Positions 19,407 to 28,211 of a stretch of 45,875 bases of DNA are shown here, piece by piece; the first letter of the stretch is position 1; every line of letters begins with the position of its first letter. Position numbers and translations under genes: made by a program. Under the pieces are notes generated by a model, which was given only the letters and a program-made list of their open reading frames with translations, did not search any database and was not told the DNA's origin. The stretch spans positions 1 through 45,875 of the forward strand of contig JAAYQJ010000149.1 of the NCBI GenBank assembly GCA_012519355.1, read 5' to 3'. Source of the stretch: Tissierellia bacterium (GTDB lineage Bacteria; Bacillota; Clostridia; Tissierellales; Tissierellaceae).

Positions 19407-19422
19407 ACTTGTCCTCCTTTCA

Positions 19423-20244
19423 TTATATATTTAATACCCTTTTTAATGCAAAGGCAACGCCAGAATTATTATTGTCATTTTTTGTTATTATCTTGGCAAC
19501 TGATTTAACCTTCTCAATACCATTTTTCATGGCTATACCAAGACCAGAGTTCTGAATCATTTCTATATCATTGTTGTCATCACCTATGGCAATTATCTCC
19601 TCTGCTTTTATATTTAAAGTATCAGCATACTCCATTAGGGTTATCCATTTACTACCTAAGGGATTCATAATTTCTACCATGGATTCAACTAGCTGAAGGT
19701 TTTCCATCATATGTATATTATAATTATTGGGATATTTTTGCTTAATAAATTCATAAAAGGGATAAAGATTTGCTTTAGTATCCGCATATACTATTACTAG
19801 TATATTATGATTATCAATTTCTAAATAACTCTTTACTTCCCTAAATCTATTGGCTTTTTTAATATAATCACCATAATCCCTATTTGGTTCAACTAATATA
19901 TCAACACCCTTCTCATAATCATCTATATGAACAACTGGATGAAGACCTCTTTTCATTCCTTCTTCTATTATTAGTTTATAGTCTTGAAAATTTAAATATT
20001 TTGCTATTATAACCTCATCATTTAAAGAATTCCTAACTATATTACCATTGTTTGCAATTATTGTGATATGACCTTCTATTTCCTTAGTCAATTCCTTTGC
20101 AGACCAGTATCTTCTCCCAGTTGTAATAACTACTTCATAACCTTCTTTAATTAGCTTATTTATTGTCTCTAAATTTTCCTTAGTTATATTTTTATTATCA
20201 TCAAGTAAGGTCCCGTCTAAGTCTATTGCTATTAATTTATACAA
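19423..20244 (-). CDS. Cof-type HAD-IIB phosphatase
   Basis: DLDGTLL motif I, TGR motif II, GDDNNDIEM motif IV. Confidence 0.85.
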   Translation of the reverse strand: MYKLIAIDLDGTLLDDNKNITKENLETINKLIKEGYEVVITTGRRYWSAKELTKEIEGHITIIANNGNIVRNSLNDEVIIAKYLNFQDYKLIIEEGMKRGLHPVVHIDDYEKGVDILVEPNRDYGDYIKKANRFREVKSYLEIDNHNILVIVYADTKANLYPFYEFIKQKYPNNYNIHMMENLQLVESMVEIMNPLGSKWITLMEYADTLNIKAEEIIAIGDDNNDIEMIQNSGLGIAMKNGIEKVKSVAKIITKNDNNNSGVAFALKRVLNI

Positions 20245-20302
20245 CTATCTCCCCCCAATTATTTTAAAAGCACCCTGCCAAATGCAAAGTGCTTTATTGA
20301 AG

Positions 20303-20701
20303 CTAATCCTCTACTTCATCATAGTTTTCATATTCAACAAAATCTTCATCATCTAAAAACAATGCATCAAAAGCTTGAGCTACTATATCAAACTCATCTG
20401 GGTTAACAATTGGAAGTAATTCAAAGTCATCATCGTTTAATTCATTGTATTTATATAGTAGAACTTCTTCTTCTCCTATTGGTTGTAATGCAATATATTC
20501 ATCCTCTTCAACTTCAAATACGCCTAAAATAAAGCACTCTAATTCTGTATCATCTTCTAAAGTTAAAACAATAATATCCTCGTTTAAATCACCAAAGTCT
20601 AATTCCTCATATTCATGGTCGTGATCACAGTCTACTCCACAACCGCATCCACCACAGTGTTCGTCATTGTATTGGAAAGTTTCCTTATTGTTTTTATCCA
20701 T
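20303..20701 (-). CDS. DUF1292-like acidic protein with a Cys/His-rich N-terminal extension
   Basis: Core ...LECFILGVFEVEEDEYIALQP... is typical of DUF1292; N-terminus is HCGGCGCGVDCDHDHE. Confidence 0.55.
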   Translation of the reverse strand: MDKNNKETFQYNDEHCGGCGCGVDCDHDHEYEELDFGDLNEDIIVLTLEDDTELECFILGVFEVEEDEYIALQPIGEEEVLLYKYNELNDDDFELLPIVNPDEFDIVAQAFDALFLDDEDFVEYENYDEVED

Positions 20702-20781
20702 CTTAATTCTCCTTTATAAAATATTTATTATATGCTATATAATACACCATTTAGCTAAGGAAGTATACATATTTTTCAATT

Positions 20782-22245
20782 TTATTTAATTTTTTCTAAT
20801 ACTTGCAATAGTAATTGATAGGTTCTTTCTGTTGATGAAATGCTTAGTCTTTCACCAGGTGCATGGACCCCATACATAGTTGGCCCTAAGGAGACCATGT
20901 CAATATTTTCAAACTTTTCATCAAATATTCCACATTCTAGGCCTGCATGTATGGCAGAAATATTTATCTCCTTATTATAAAGTTCCCTATAGCTTTCCTT
21001 AATAATCTCCCTTATATATGAATTATCCTTATATTGCCAAGCTGGATAGGAAGATGTCCTTTCATAACTTCCTCCTATAACCTTTGCTAGCAACTCTATC
21101 TGTTCAGATATAAATTGCTTTAATGTCCCAACTGATGATCTGATGGCAGATTCTAAAGTTATTTGATTATCTAAGGTCTTAATAACTCCAAGATTATTTG
21201 AACTTTCTACTAGTCCTTCTATGGCCATACTCATACTTTGAACACCATTTGGTAAGAGATTTAGGGCAGTTATTAGTTTGCTCTTTGTATTTTCAGAGAA
21301 GGCCTTATCTTCCTCTTCTTTTAACTTATTTAACTTTATTTCTATATCTTTATCTGAATGTAGGAATTCATTTTTTAATTCCTTATCCAAATCAAATATA
21401 ATGGATTTTGCTTTTTCAAATTCACCCTTTGCTATGGCAACTTTTGCTCTTGTATACCTTGGTATAGCATTGGGTTTAGAGCCACCTTCTATATGGAATA
21501 AATCATAATCTAATTCTTTATTAAGCCTATTTAGAACCCTACCCATTATTTTGTTTGAATTCCCTCTTCCCCTATTGATATCTATGCCAGAATGTCCCCC
21601 TTGTAAGCCGGAAACAATTAATTCATAACTTTCTCTCTCTTTAATAGTATCCTTCCATTCAATGGGTATGGCTATAATATTTCTTTCCCCCCCTGCACAG
21701 CTAACTAAAATAGTACCTTCCTCTTCTGAATCTAGGTTAATCAAAATTCTTCCCTTTAGATTTTCAGGACTTAATGCTGATGCACCAGTCATTCCTGATT
21801 CCTCATCTGATGTTATTAAAGCCTCTAAAGGAGGATGGAGAATATCTTTAGACTCCAATATAGCTAATATCATGGCTAGGGCTATACCGTTGTCAGCCCC
21901 TAGGGTTGTTTTCTCTGCTATTATATAGTCACCATCAATATGAAATTTAATTGGATCCTTTGAAAAGTCATGATTGGAATCCTGAGTTTTTTCACATACC
22001 ATATCCATGTGGCCCTGTAATATTACTGTCGGGCTGTTTTCATATCCCTTAGACCCTGGTTTTTTGATTATTATATTCAAGGCTTCATCTTGTATAACTT
22101 CTAGACCTAGGCTCCTTCCTACGCCTGCTAAATAGTTACTGATTTTTTCCTCATGATGTGAACAACGAGGTATTTTAGTTATTTCTTCAAAATAATACAT
22201 TACCCTCTCAGGTTTAATACCATGTAAAATTGCCAAGTTTATCAC
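20782..22245 (-). CDS. pepD: aminoacyl-histidine dipeptidase (M20C, PepD)
   Basis: IPRCSHHE, GHMDMV and DEESGMTGA metal-site motifs; GTG start inferred. Confidence 0.85.
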   Translation of the reverse strand: MINLAILHGIKPERVMYYFEEITKIPRCSHHEEKISNYLAGVGRSLGLEVIQDEALNIIIKKPGSKGYENSPTVILQGHMDMVCEKTQDSNHDFSKDPIKFHIDGDYIIAEKTTLGADNGIALAMILAILESKDILHPPLEALITSDEESGMTGASALSPENLKGRILINLDSEEEGTILVSCAGGERNIIAIPIEWKDTIKERESYELIVSGLQGGHSGIDINRGRGNSNKIMGRVLNRLNKELDYDLFHIEGGSKPNAIPRYTRAKVAIAKGEFEKAKSIIFDLDKELKNEFLHSDKDIEIKLNKLKEEEDKAFSENTKSKLITALNLLPNGVQSMSMAIEGLVESSNNLGVIKTLDNQITLESAIRSSVGTLKQFISEQIELLAKVIGGSYERTSSYPAWQYKDNSYIREIIKESYRELYNKEINISAIHAGLECGIFDEKFENIDMVSLGPTMYGVHAPGERLSISSTERTYQLLLQVLEKIK

Positions 22246-22300
22246 CTCTTGATTAAACTAGTCATAATATAATTATAACCACAAAAATAATAGCTAAGCT

Positions 22301-22795
22301 TTATATATTCTCCCAGCTTATATTATTTAGTATATCTACAAGTTGTATAAAATAATCTTTCTCCAATTCAGTGAACCTATTTTTTATTGGACTATCTAAA
22401 TCTAAGACTCCATAAACTCTTCCAGCCTTAATAATAGGGATAACTAATTCTGAATTAGAGGCTGAATCACAGGCTATATGGCCAGGGAATTGATGGACAT
22501 CTGGTACTAATTGGACTTCTCTTGTATCTACTGCTGTACCGCATACTCCTTTCCCAATGGAAATTCTATTACATGCTGGCAAGCCTTGAAATGGTCCCAA
22601 AACTAATTCATTATCTCTTAGGAAATAAAATCCTGCCCAATTTAGTTTATCAATACATGCCATTATTATTCCAGTTACATTGGAGATATTTGCTAGTTCA
22701 TCCTTTTCAGAACTTAACTGTCCCTTTACAAGGATAAGCATATATTTTAATCTTTCTTCATCATTCATATCCTTAATCTTATCTAGCTTAAACAT
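22301..22795 (-). CDS. msrC: GAF-domain free methionine-(R)-sulfoxide reductase family protein (YebR/MsrC-like)
   Basis: LVLGPFQGLPACNRISIGKGVCG ... GHIACDSASNSELVIP ... GVLDLDS closely matches the fRMsr pattern. Confidence 0.75.
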   Translation of the reverse strand: MFKLDKIKDMNDEERLKYMLILVKGQLSSEKDELANISNVTGIIMACIDKLNWAGFYFLRDNELVLGPFQGLPACNRISIGKGVCGTAVDTREVQLVPDVHQFPGHIACDSASNSELVIPIIKAGRVYGVLDLDSPIKNRFTELEKDYFIQLVDILNNISWENI

Positions 22796-22906
22796 TTTAT
22801 CACCCCTAATGTTTTGTTTACCTTATAGTATCAAATTAATAAATTTTATACAAGGTAATCATTGAATCCAAGATGTAATTTTCTATTATAAAGTTAATTA
22901 AAATAA

Positions 22907-22934
22907 TATAACTTTCGCCAAAGCGAAAGCTATA
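22907..22934 (-). terminator. terminator after nrdG
   Basis: Stem ctttcgc / gcgaaag extended to about 12 bp with one mismatch; T-rich tail on the minus strand. Confidence 0.6.
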
Positions 22935-23402
22935 TTATATACCTAAATATTTTCTTACATCTATTATTCTTTGGTTTGTTGAACCTCTAAACTTTAACAT
23001 TAATGATTTCTTTGTTATATCAAATTTACCATCTATTAAAATATCTGTATATAGGAGTAACTCCCTGGAGTTTTCATCTTTCAAAATCTCTTCAAAAGTA
23101 TATCCTGTGTAGGTTACCACATTTAAACCTAATTCTCTTACTTTTTTAGCCAAAATAGCACATTCTCTTACTTGTTCAAAGGGCTCCCCACCACTTAAAG
23201 TGATCCCATCTAACAAGGGATTAGATTTTATCATCTGAATGATAGAATTAATATTTATTAACTCTCCACCCTTAAATGAATGGGTCTCAGGATTTTGACA
23301 TCCAATACAATTATGCTTACATCCTTGAGTAAATACTACCAATCTTATTCCAGGGCCATCTACTATAGACTCATCAACAATTCCTGCAACTCTTAACTTC
23401 AT
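22935..23402 (-). CDS. nrdG: anaerobic ribonucleotide reductase activating protein (radical SAM)
   Basis: GCKHNCIGCQNP cluster motif, SGGEP, small size, directly downstream of nrdD. Confidence 0.9.
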   Translation of the reverse strand: MKLRVAGIVDESIVDGPGIRLVVFTQGCKHNCIGCQNPETHSFKGGELININSIIQMIKSNPLLDGITLSGGEPFEQVRECAILAKKVRELGLNVVTYTGYTFEEILKDENSRELLLYTDILIDGKFDITKKSLMLKFRGSTNQRIIDVRKYLGI

Positions 23403-23429
23403 TTTAGACTACTCCTTACTTAAAAAACA

Positions 23430-25742
23430 TTAAATGTGTTTAACCCTATCTCTTTCCTCTGCCTTTTTAGCATCATTAAACCTGTCTAAGGTACCAACTA
23501 AATATCCTGTAATACGACGAATCCTTTCAAACTTAATGTCCCCTTCTTCCCTTCCACATTTAGGACATATATCTCCAATTATTCCTGTAAACCCACACAC
23601 AGGGTCCCTATCTACAGGGTGATTTACTGAGCCATAGCCAATACCAGATTCTTTCATAGCCCTTACAATTTTTTCAAAGGCTTCAAGGTTTTGAGATGGG
23701 TCACCATCCAACTCAATATAGGTTATATGTCCAGCATTGGTTAATTCATGATAGGGTGCTTCTAACTTTATCTTATCTATAGCCCTAAGCTTATGATATA
23801 CTGGAACATGGAAACTATTTGTATAATATTCCCTATCAGTTATGCCTTCAATATTTCCATAAATCTCCCTGTCAAGCTTAACAAACCTTCCTGCTGTTCC
23901 CTCTGCTGGCGTAGCCAATAAGGTAACATTCATTTTGTATTGCCTGCTTATATCATCTACTTTCTCCCTCATAAATTTAACTATTTTAAGTCCAAGGGCT
24001 TGAGCTTCTTCACTTTCTCCATGATGGCTACCTAATAAAGCCTTTAGGCATTCTGCCAATCCTATAAATCCTATGGACAAGGTTCCATGTTTTAATACTT
24101 CTCTAATTTCATCATCCTTAGATAATCTGTCAGAATCAATCCAAACACCTTGACCCATAAGGAAAGGAAAATTACTTACCTTTTTACTTGCTTGAATTTC
24201 AAATCTCTCTATTAATTGTTCTATTACTAGGTTCATTGTTTCATCTAATCCTTGGAAAAAGCCTTCAACATTCCCCTTATTCTCAATACCTAATCTAGGT
24301 AAATTTATGGTGGTAAAGCTTAGATTTCCTCTTCCATAAACTATTTCTCTAGAAGGATCATGGACATTACCTATTACCCTAGTCCTACAGCCCATATAGG
24401 CAATTTCTGTTTCTGGTTGTCCTTCCTTATAATATTTTAGATTAAAAGGCGCATCAATGAAGGAAAAATTCGGGAATAATCTTTTTGCACTTACTCTACA
24501 GGCCAATTTAAATAAATCATAATTTATATCATCCTTATTATAGTTTATACCTTCCTTTACCTTAAATATCTGTATTGGAAATATTGGAGTTTCTCCATTC
24601 CCTAATCCTCTTTCTGTTGCTAGTAATAAGTTTTTTATTACCATCCTTCCTTCAATAGATGTATCCGTCCCATAATTGATTGAGCTAAAAGGTATTTGTG
24701 CCCCTGCCCTAGAATGCATAGTGTTTAGATTATGTATTAAGGCCTCCATTGCTTGATAGGTTCTTTTCTCAGTATCTTTAAAGGTGTTCTTCTCTGTAAA
24801 TCTTTGGATTTTTTCTATCAACTTTTCGTCATTTATTAGTTCTTTCAAGTATTCCTTTTCCTTAGCCCTATATTCTTGGTTATTATCTAATGTTGGAACT
24901 AAACCATACTCTTCTTCAAGGATATTAAATACATTATCCAAGTTTTCCTCTAAACCTATGTCATCTAATATTAATTCTACTGATTTCTTGAGGTTTGTCC
25001 TATAAAGCTTTATATAAGTCTTTTTTACACCAAATGCCATTCCATAATCAAAGTTTGGTATAGATTGTCCACCATGTTGATCGTTTTGATTTGATTGGAT
25101 AGCAATACATGCTAAAGCTGAATAAGACATTATATCATTAGGTTCCCTTAGAAAACCGTGGCCTGTACTAAACCCACCTTTAAATAGTTCTACTATGTCT
25201 ATTTGACAACAAGTAGTAGTTAAGGTTAGAAAATCCAAATCATGAATATGAATGTCTCCAGCCTTGTGGGCTTTTGAGTGGGCAGGATTTAATACAAATA
25301 AATCATAAAATTGCTTAGCAGATTCAGAACCGTATTTAAGCATGGTTCCCATGGGAGTATCTCCATCAATATTGGCATTTTCCCTTTTTAAATCCACTTC
25401 CTTGGCTTCTTTAAAGGTCAAATCTTCAAAGACCTTCATAAGCCTAGTATTCATTTCTCTAACTCTACTTCTCTCTGCCCTATACAATATGTATTCCTTG
25501 GCAGTTCTTGCGTGACCTGATTCTATTAGGACTTTTTCAACTATGTCTTGGATATCTTCCACTCCTGGTGTAGTTCCTTTAAATTTTTCACTGACAATAA
25601 TAGCAACCTTCTCAGCTAGTTCTATGCTAGTACTATAATCTTGACCCCCTACTGCCTGAGCTGCCTTAAATATGGCGTTAGAAATTTTTTCAATATTAAA
25701 AGGAACCTCCCTTCCGTCCCTTTTTCTTATCTTCGTTATCAT
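23430..25742 (-). CDS. nrdD: anaerobic ribonucleoside-triphosphate reductase (class III) with an ATP-cone
   Basis: N-terminal ATP-cone (KRDGREVPFNIEKI). C-terminal Zn-ribbon CGF...CPKCG and glycyl-radical motif RITGYL. Confidence 0.95.
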   Translation of the reverse strand: MITKIRKRDGREVPFNIEKISNAIFKAAQAVGGQDYSTSIELAEKVAIIVSEKFKGTTPGVEDIQDIVEKVLIESGHARTAKEYILYRAERSRVREMNTRLMKVFEDLTFKEAKEVDLKRENANIDGDTPMGTMLKYGSESAKQFYDLFVLNPAHSKAHKAGDIHIHDLDFLTLTTTCCQIDIVELFKGGFSTGHGFLREPNDIMSYSALACIAIQSNQNDQHGGQSIPNFDYGMAFGVKKTYIKLYRTNLKKSVELILDDIGLEENLDNVFNILEEEYGLVPTLDNNQEYRAKEKEYLKELINDEKLIEKIQRFTEKNTFKDTEKRTYQAMEALIHNLNTMHSRAGAQIPFSSINYGTDTSIEGRMVIKNLLLATERGLGNGETPIFPIQIFKVKEGINYNKDDINYDLFKLACRVSAKRLFPNFSFIDAPFNLKYYKEGQPETEIAYMGCRTRVIGNVHDPSREIVYGRGNLSFTTINLPRLGIENKGNVEGFFQGLDETMNLVIEQLIERFEIQASKKVSNFPFLMGQGVWIDSDRLSKDDEIREVLKHGTLSIGFIGLAECLKALLGSHHGESEEAQALGLKIVKFMREKVDDISRQYKMNVTLLATPAEGTAGRFVKLDREIYGNIEGITDREYYTNSFHVPVYHKLRAIDKIKLEAPYHELTNAGHITYIELDGDPSQNLEAFEKIVRAMKESGIGYGSVNHPVDRDPVCGFTGIIGDICPKCGREEGDIKFERIRRITGYLVGTLDRFNDAKKAEERDRVKHI

Positions 25743-25759
25743 TTTTGTCCCCCTTTATT

Positions 25760-25809
25760 GCACAATATGTAGTGATTATATTGTAGCAAACCTCTATATA
25801 TTGTGTCAA
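25760..25809 (-). promoter_or_regulatory. nrdDG promoter with two NrdR boxes
   Basis: Minus strand reads TTGACAcaatatatagaggtttgcTACAATataatcactacatattgtgc. The -35 is at 25804-25809 and the -10 at 25780-25785. Box 2 (ACACAATATATAGAGG, 25791-25806) overlaps the -35; box 1 (TCACTACATATTGTGC, 25760-25775) lies just after the -10. Box centres are about 31 bp apart. Confidence 0.75.
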
Positions 25810-25856
25810 TTCATTATATAATAATTAATTTTTTTTAATATTCATAGCAAAATAAA

Positions 25857-25874
25857 GAATCCCCTTAGGGATTC
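25857..25874 (-). terminator. terminator after msrA
   Basis: 7-bp stem gaatccc / gggattc with a 4-nt loop; T-rich tail on the minus strand. Confidence 0.55.
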
Positions 25875-25875
25875 A

Positions 25876-26352
25876 CTATTTACTCAAATCTATATGGCAA
25901 TAACCACCAGGATTTTTCTTTAAATAATCTTGATGATATTCTTCAGCTTTATAGAATGATTTCAATGGCAAAATTTCAGTTACTATAGGTTTCGTATACT
26001 TTGTTTTCTGCTCTTCCAGGGTTTTATTAATAAGATATAAGTCCTCTTCATCCACATAATATATACCAGTTCTATATTGGTTTCCTATATCTGGCCCCTG
26101 CCTATTTAACAAAGTAGGGTCTATAATATTCCAAAACCTAGTTAGTAATTCTTCTAAGGATATTATCTTTTCGTCATATTTAATATATGTTGTTTCTGCA
26201 TGGCCTGTAGTGCCAGTACATACTTCTTCATAAGTTGGGTTTGCCTTGGTACCATTGGCATAACCAACTTCAGTATCTACAACCCCATCTATTCGGGACA
26301 TATATTCTTCTACACCCCAAAAACATCCGCCTGCTAAATATATTTCTTTCAT
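25876..26352 (-). CDS. msrA: peptide methionine-(S)-sulfoxide reductase
   Basis: GGCFWG active-site motif, EEYHQDYL, typical length. Confidence 0.95.
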   Translation of the reverse strand: MKEIYLAGGCFWGVEEYMSRIDGVVDTEVGYANGTKANPTYEEVCTGTTGHAETTYIKYDEKIISLEELLTRFWNIIDPTLLNRQGPDIGNQYRTGIYYVDEEDLYLINKTLEEQKTKYTKPIVTEILPLKSFYKAEEYHQDYLKKNPGGYCHIDLSK

Positions 26353-26423
26353 CTCTTAACCTCCCTACTATTTTAAAAGAAAATTTATTTCAAGGAAATA
26401 GTATAATTCTACTAATTTATTGA

Positions 26424-28184
26424 TTATCTATAACCTATTAAGAGAATAAACTCAGTACTATCTAAATTTATATTGTCATCTTCATCTACTCTTCCACTAA
26501 TATTTTTGAATATAAACCTAAACTCAATATTATCTTCAATGCCAAGAAATGAAATATCATAGGTCATATCCATTGGATGAAGTAGGTTTTTTCTATTTTC
26601 TGCATCAGATTCAAGTCTTCCATATATATCCTTTACAAATACAATTATATCCTGTTGAAGTAAAACCGAATCTCCTTTTGATATAGTTAATATATTCTCT
26701 TGCCTATTATACTGTAGTATTAGGTCCCCTACTTGTAATTCATTCTCTTGCCAAGAATTGATGTTAACAAAATATTGAAATTCCTCTATGTTAATGGGCT
26801 CCTCCAGATTAATACTATAATAAAAATGTCTATATTCTTCAAAATCAGCCATAAAATGCGGCCTATATTCAAACCCAATTACTCTTTCCATATCATCTAA
26901 ACTAAAACCACCAGGTAAGGATTTTATCTCATTTATATTGTGATTTCTATCGAAATAACTAATTATATTGCTAATCTCCCTTTGGTCCTCCTTTGATAAG
27001 TTCTCATTAGGAACAATACTTCCATCAACAATCATACTATTTTCAAGTAATATTTTCTCAAATCTTTTGTTTTGGCTATATTTAGATACGGAAAAACTAC
27101 TCAATGGACCATAAACAGAAACCAGTACTATTATGGACAAACTAATTGGTATCAATATATTTTTTAATGGCTTTTTTATAGAAAAATACAACATAGTTGC
27201 TAATACCCAAAGCCCTAAAACTATCACAAAATACCTATTTTCAGTAATTCCATATTGGGCCACTCTCTTGTAAATAGATAAAAACATCATCAGTAGAACA
27301 GGCAATATTATCTTTGGAAATACCTGTTTAAACAGTTTTGCTATTTTATTCTCTTCAAGTATAGGAGTTAATAAGAAGATTACTCCTACAGATACAGTTG
27401 AATACCATAATACTAAATGGGATACCAAACCTCTAGGCCACTGGCGAGTAAGGAGTATTTTTGCAAAATACAGATAAAGTATTAAGGTATATATTGTGAT
27501 TAAAGGTATCACTATATAGGTTAATAAGACTGTCAAAGACTTATTATACCGAATGTCTTTATACTCCCTCTCAATTGAAGGTAACTTTGATAGAAAGAGG
27601 GATGCTGCAAATACAAAGACAATAATAAAAAATGTATAAAGGTATAATTCACTTTTAATATTGATATCGAAAAGCTGATCAATAGTTACTAGTATTATAG
27701 ATATTCCAATATATAAAACTGCAGAATATATGAAGGTTATAGCAAAACTTTGTAGGACATCTAATATATAATATTCATAATCTTTGTTTTTACCAATTCT
27801 TGGAATATATATAAATGCTAAGATTAGAAATATCAAAGTAGCCAAATACCTATAAGCTGCTACAAGACTTTTATTATCCAAGAAAAAATTATAATATACT
27901 ATTAAAAATAATCCCCCTGCTACAAAAAGGAGTAGTGAGTATGAACTATTCTTTCTATTAAATTTTTCTATTAGTAATGAAATACATAAGGATAAGGGGA
28001 TTCCTAATCCTAGAACTAAGGCTATCTTCTCTACAGTCTCCTTTATATCTCCACTTAATTGACTTTCAATCAAATAAATTAACAAGAATGCCAATAGTGA
28101 AGATATTAGTATAGTTAATGGAAATCTTTTTAGGCTCTTCCTAATGCTCAATACCGTTGACTTGACTCTTTCTAATATGCCCAT
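26424..28184 (-). CDS. large polytopic membrane protein (DUF4153-like) with a C-terminal soluble domain of about 220 aa
   Basis: About 11-12 hydrophobic helices in the first 360 aa, then a hydrophilic domain; 27-nt gap to the upstream RelA/SpoT-like gene. Confidence 0.6.
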   Translation of the reverse strand: MGILERVKSTVLSIRKSLKRFPLTILISSLLAFLLIYLIESQLSGDIKETVEKIALVLGLGIPLSLCISLLIEKFNRKNSSYSLLLFVAGGLFLIVYYNFFLDNKSLVAAYRYLATLIFLILAFIYIPRIGKNKDYEYYILDVLQSFAITFIYSAVLYIGISIILVTIDQLFDINIKSELYLYTFFIIVFVFAASLFLSKLPSIEREYKDIRYNKSLTVLLTYIVIPLITIYTLILYLYFAKILLTRQWPRGLVSHLVLWYSTVSVGVIFLLTPILEENKIAKLFKQVFPKIILPVLLMMFLSIYKRVAQYGITENRYFVIVLGLWVLATMLYFSIKKPLKNILIPISLSIIVLVSVYGPLSSFSVSKYSQNKRFEKILLENSMIVDGSIVPNENLSKEDQREISNIISYFDRNHNINEIKSLPGGFSLDDMERVIGFEYRPHFMADFEEYRHFYYSINLEEPINIEEFQYFVNINSWQENELQVGDLILQYNRQENILTISKGDSVLLQQDIIVFVKDIYGRLESDAENRKNLLHPMDMTYDISFLGIEDNIEFRFIFKNISGRVDEDDNINLDSTEFILLIGYR

Positions 28185-28211
28185 AAACTTTTCCCTTCTT
28201 TAATTTTATTT

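Noticed and set aside
20267-20295. Hairpin aaagcac ... gtgcttt downstream of the DUF1292-like gene as a terminator.
   Set aside because: The stem is 7 bp with a 15-nt loop and a weak tail. It is plausible but too weak to list as a feature.
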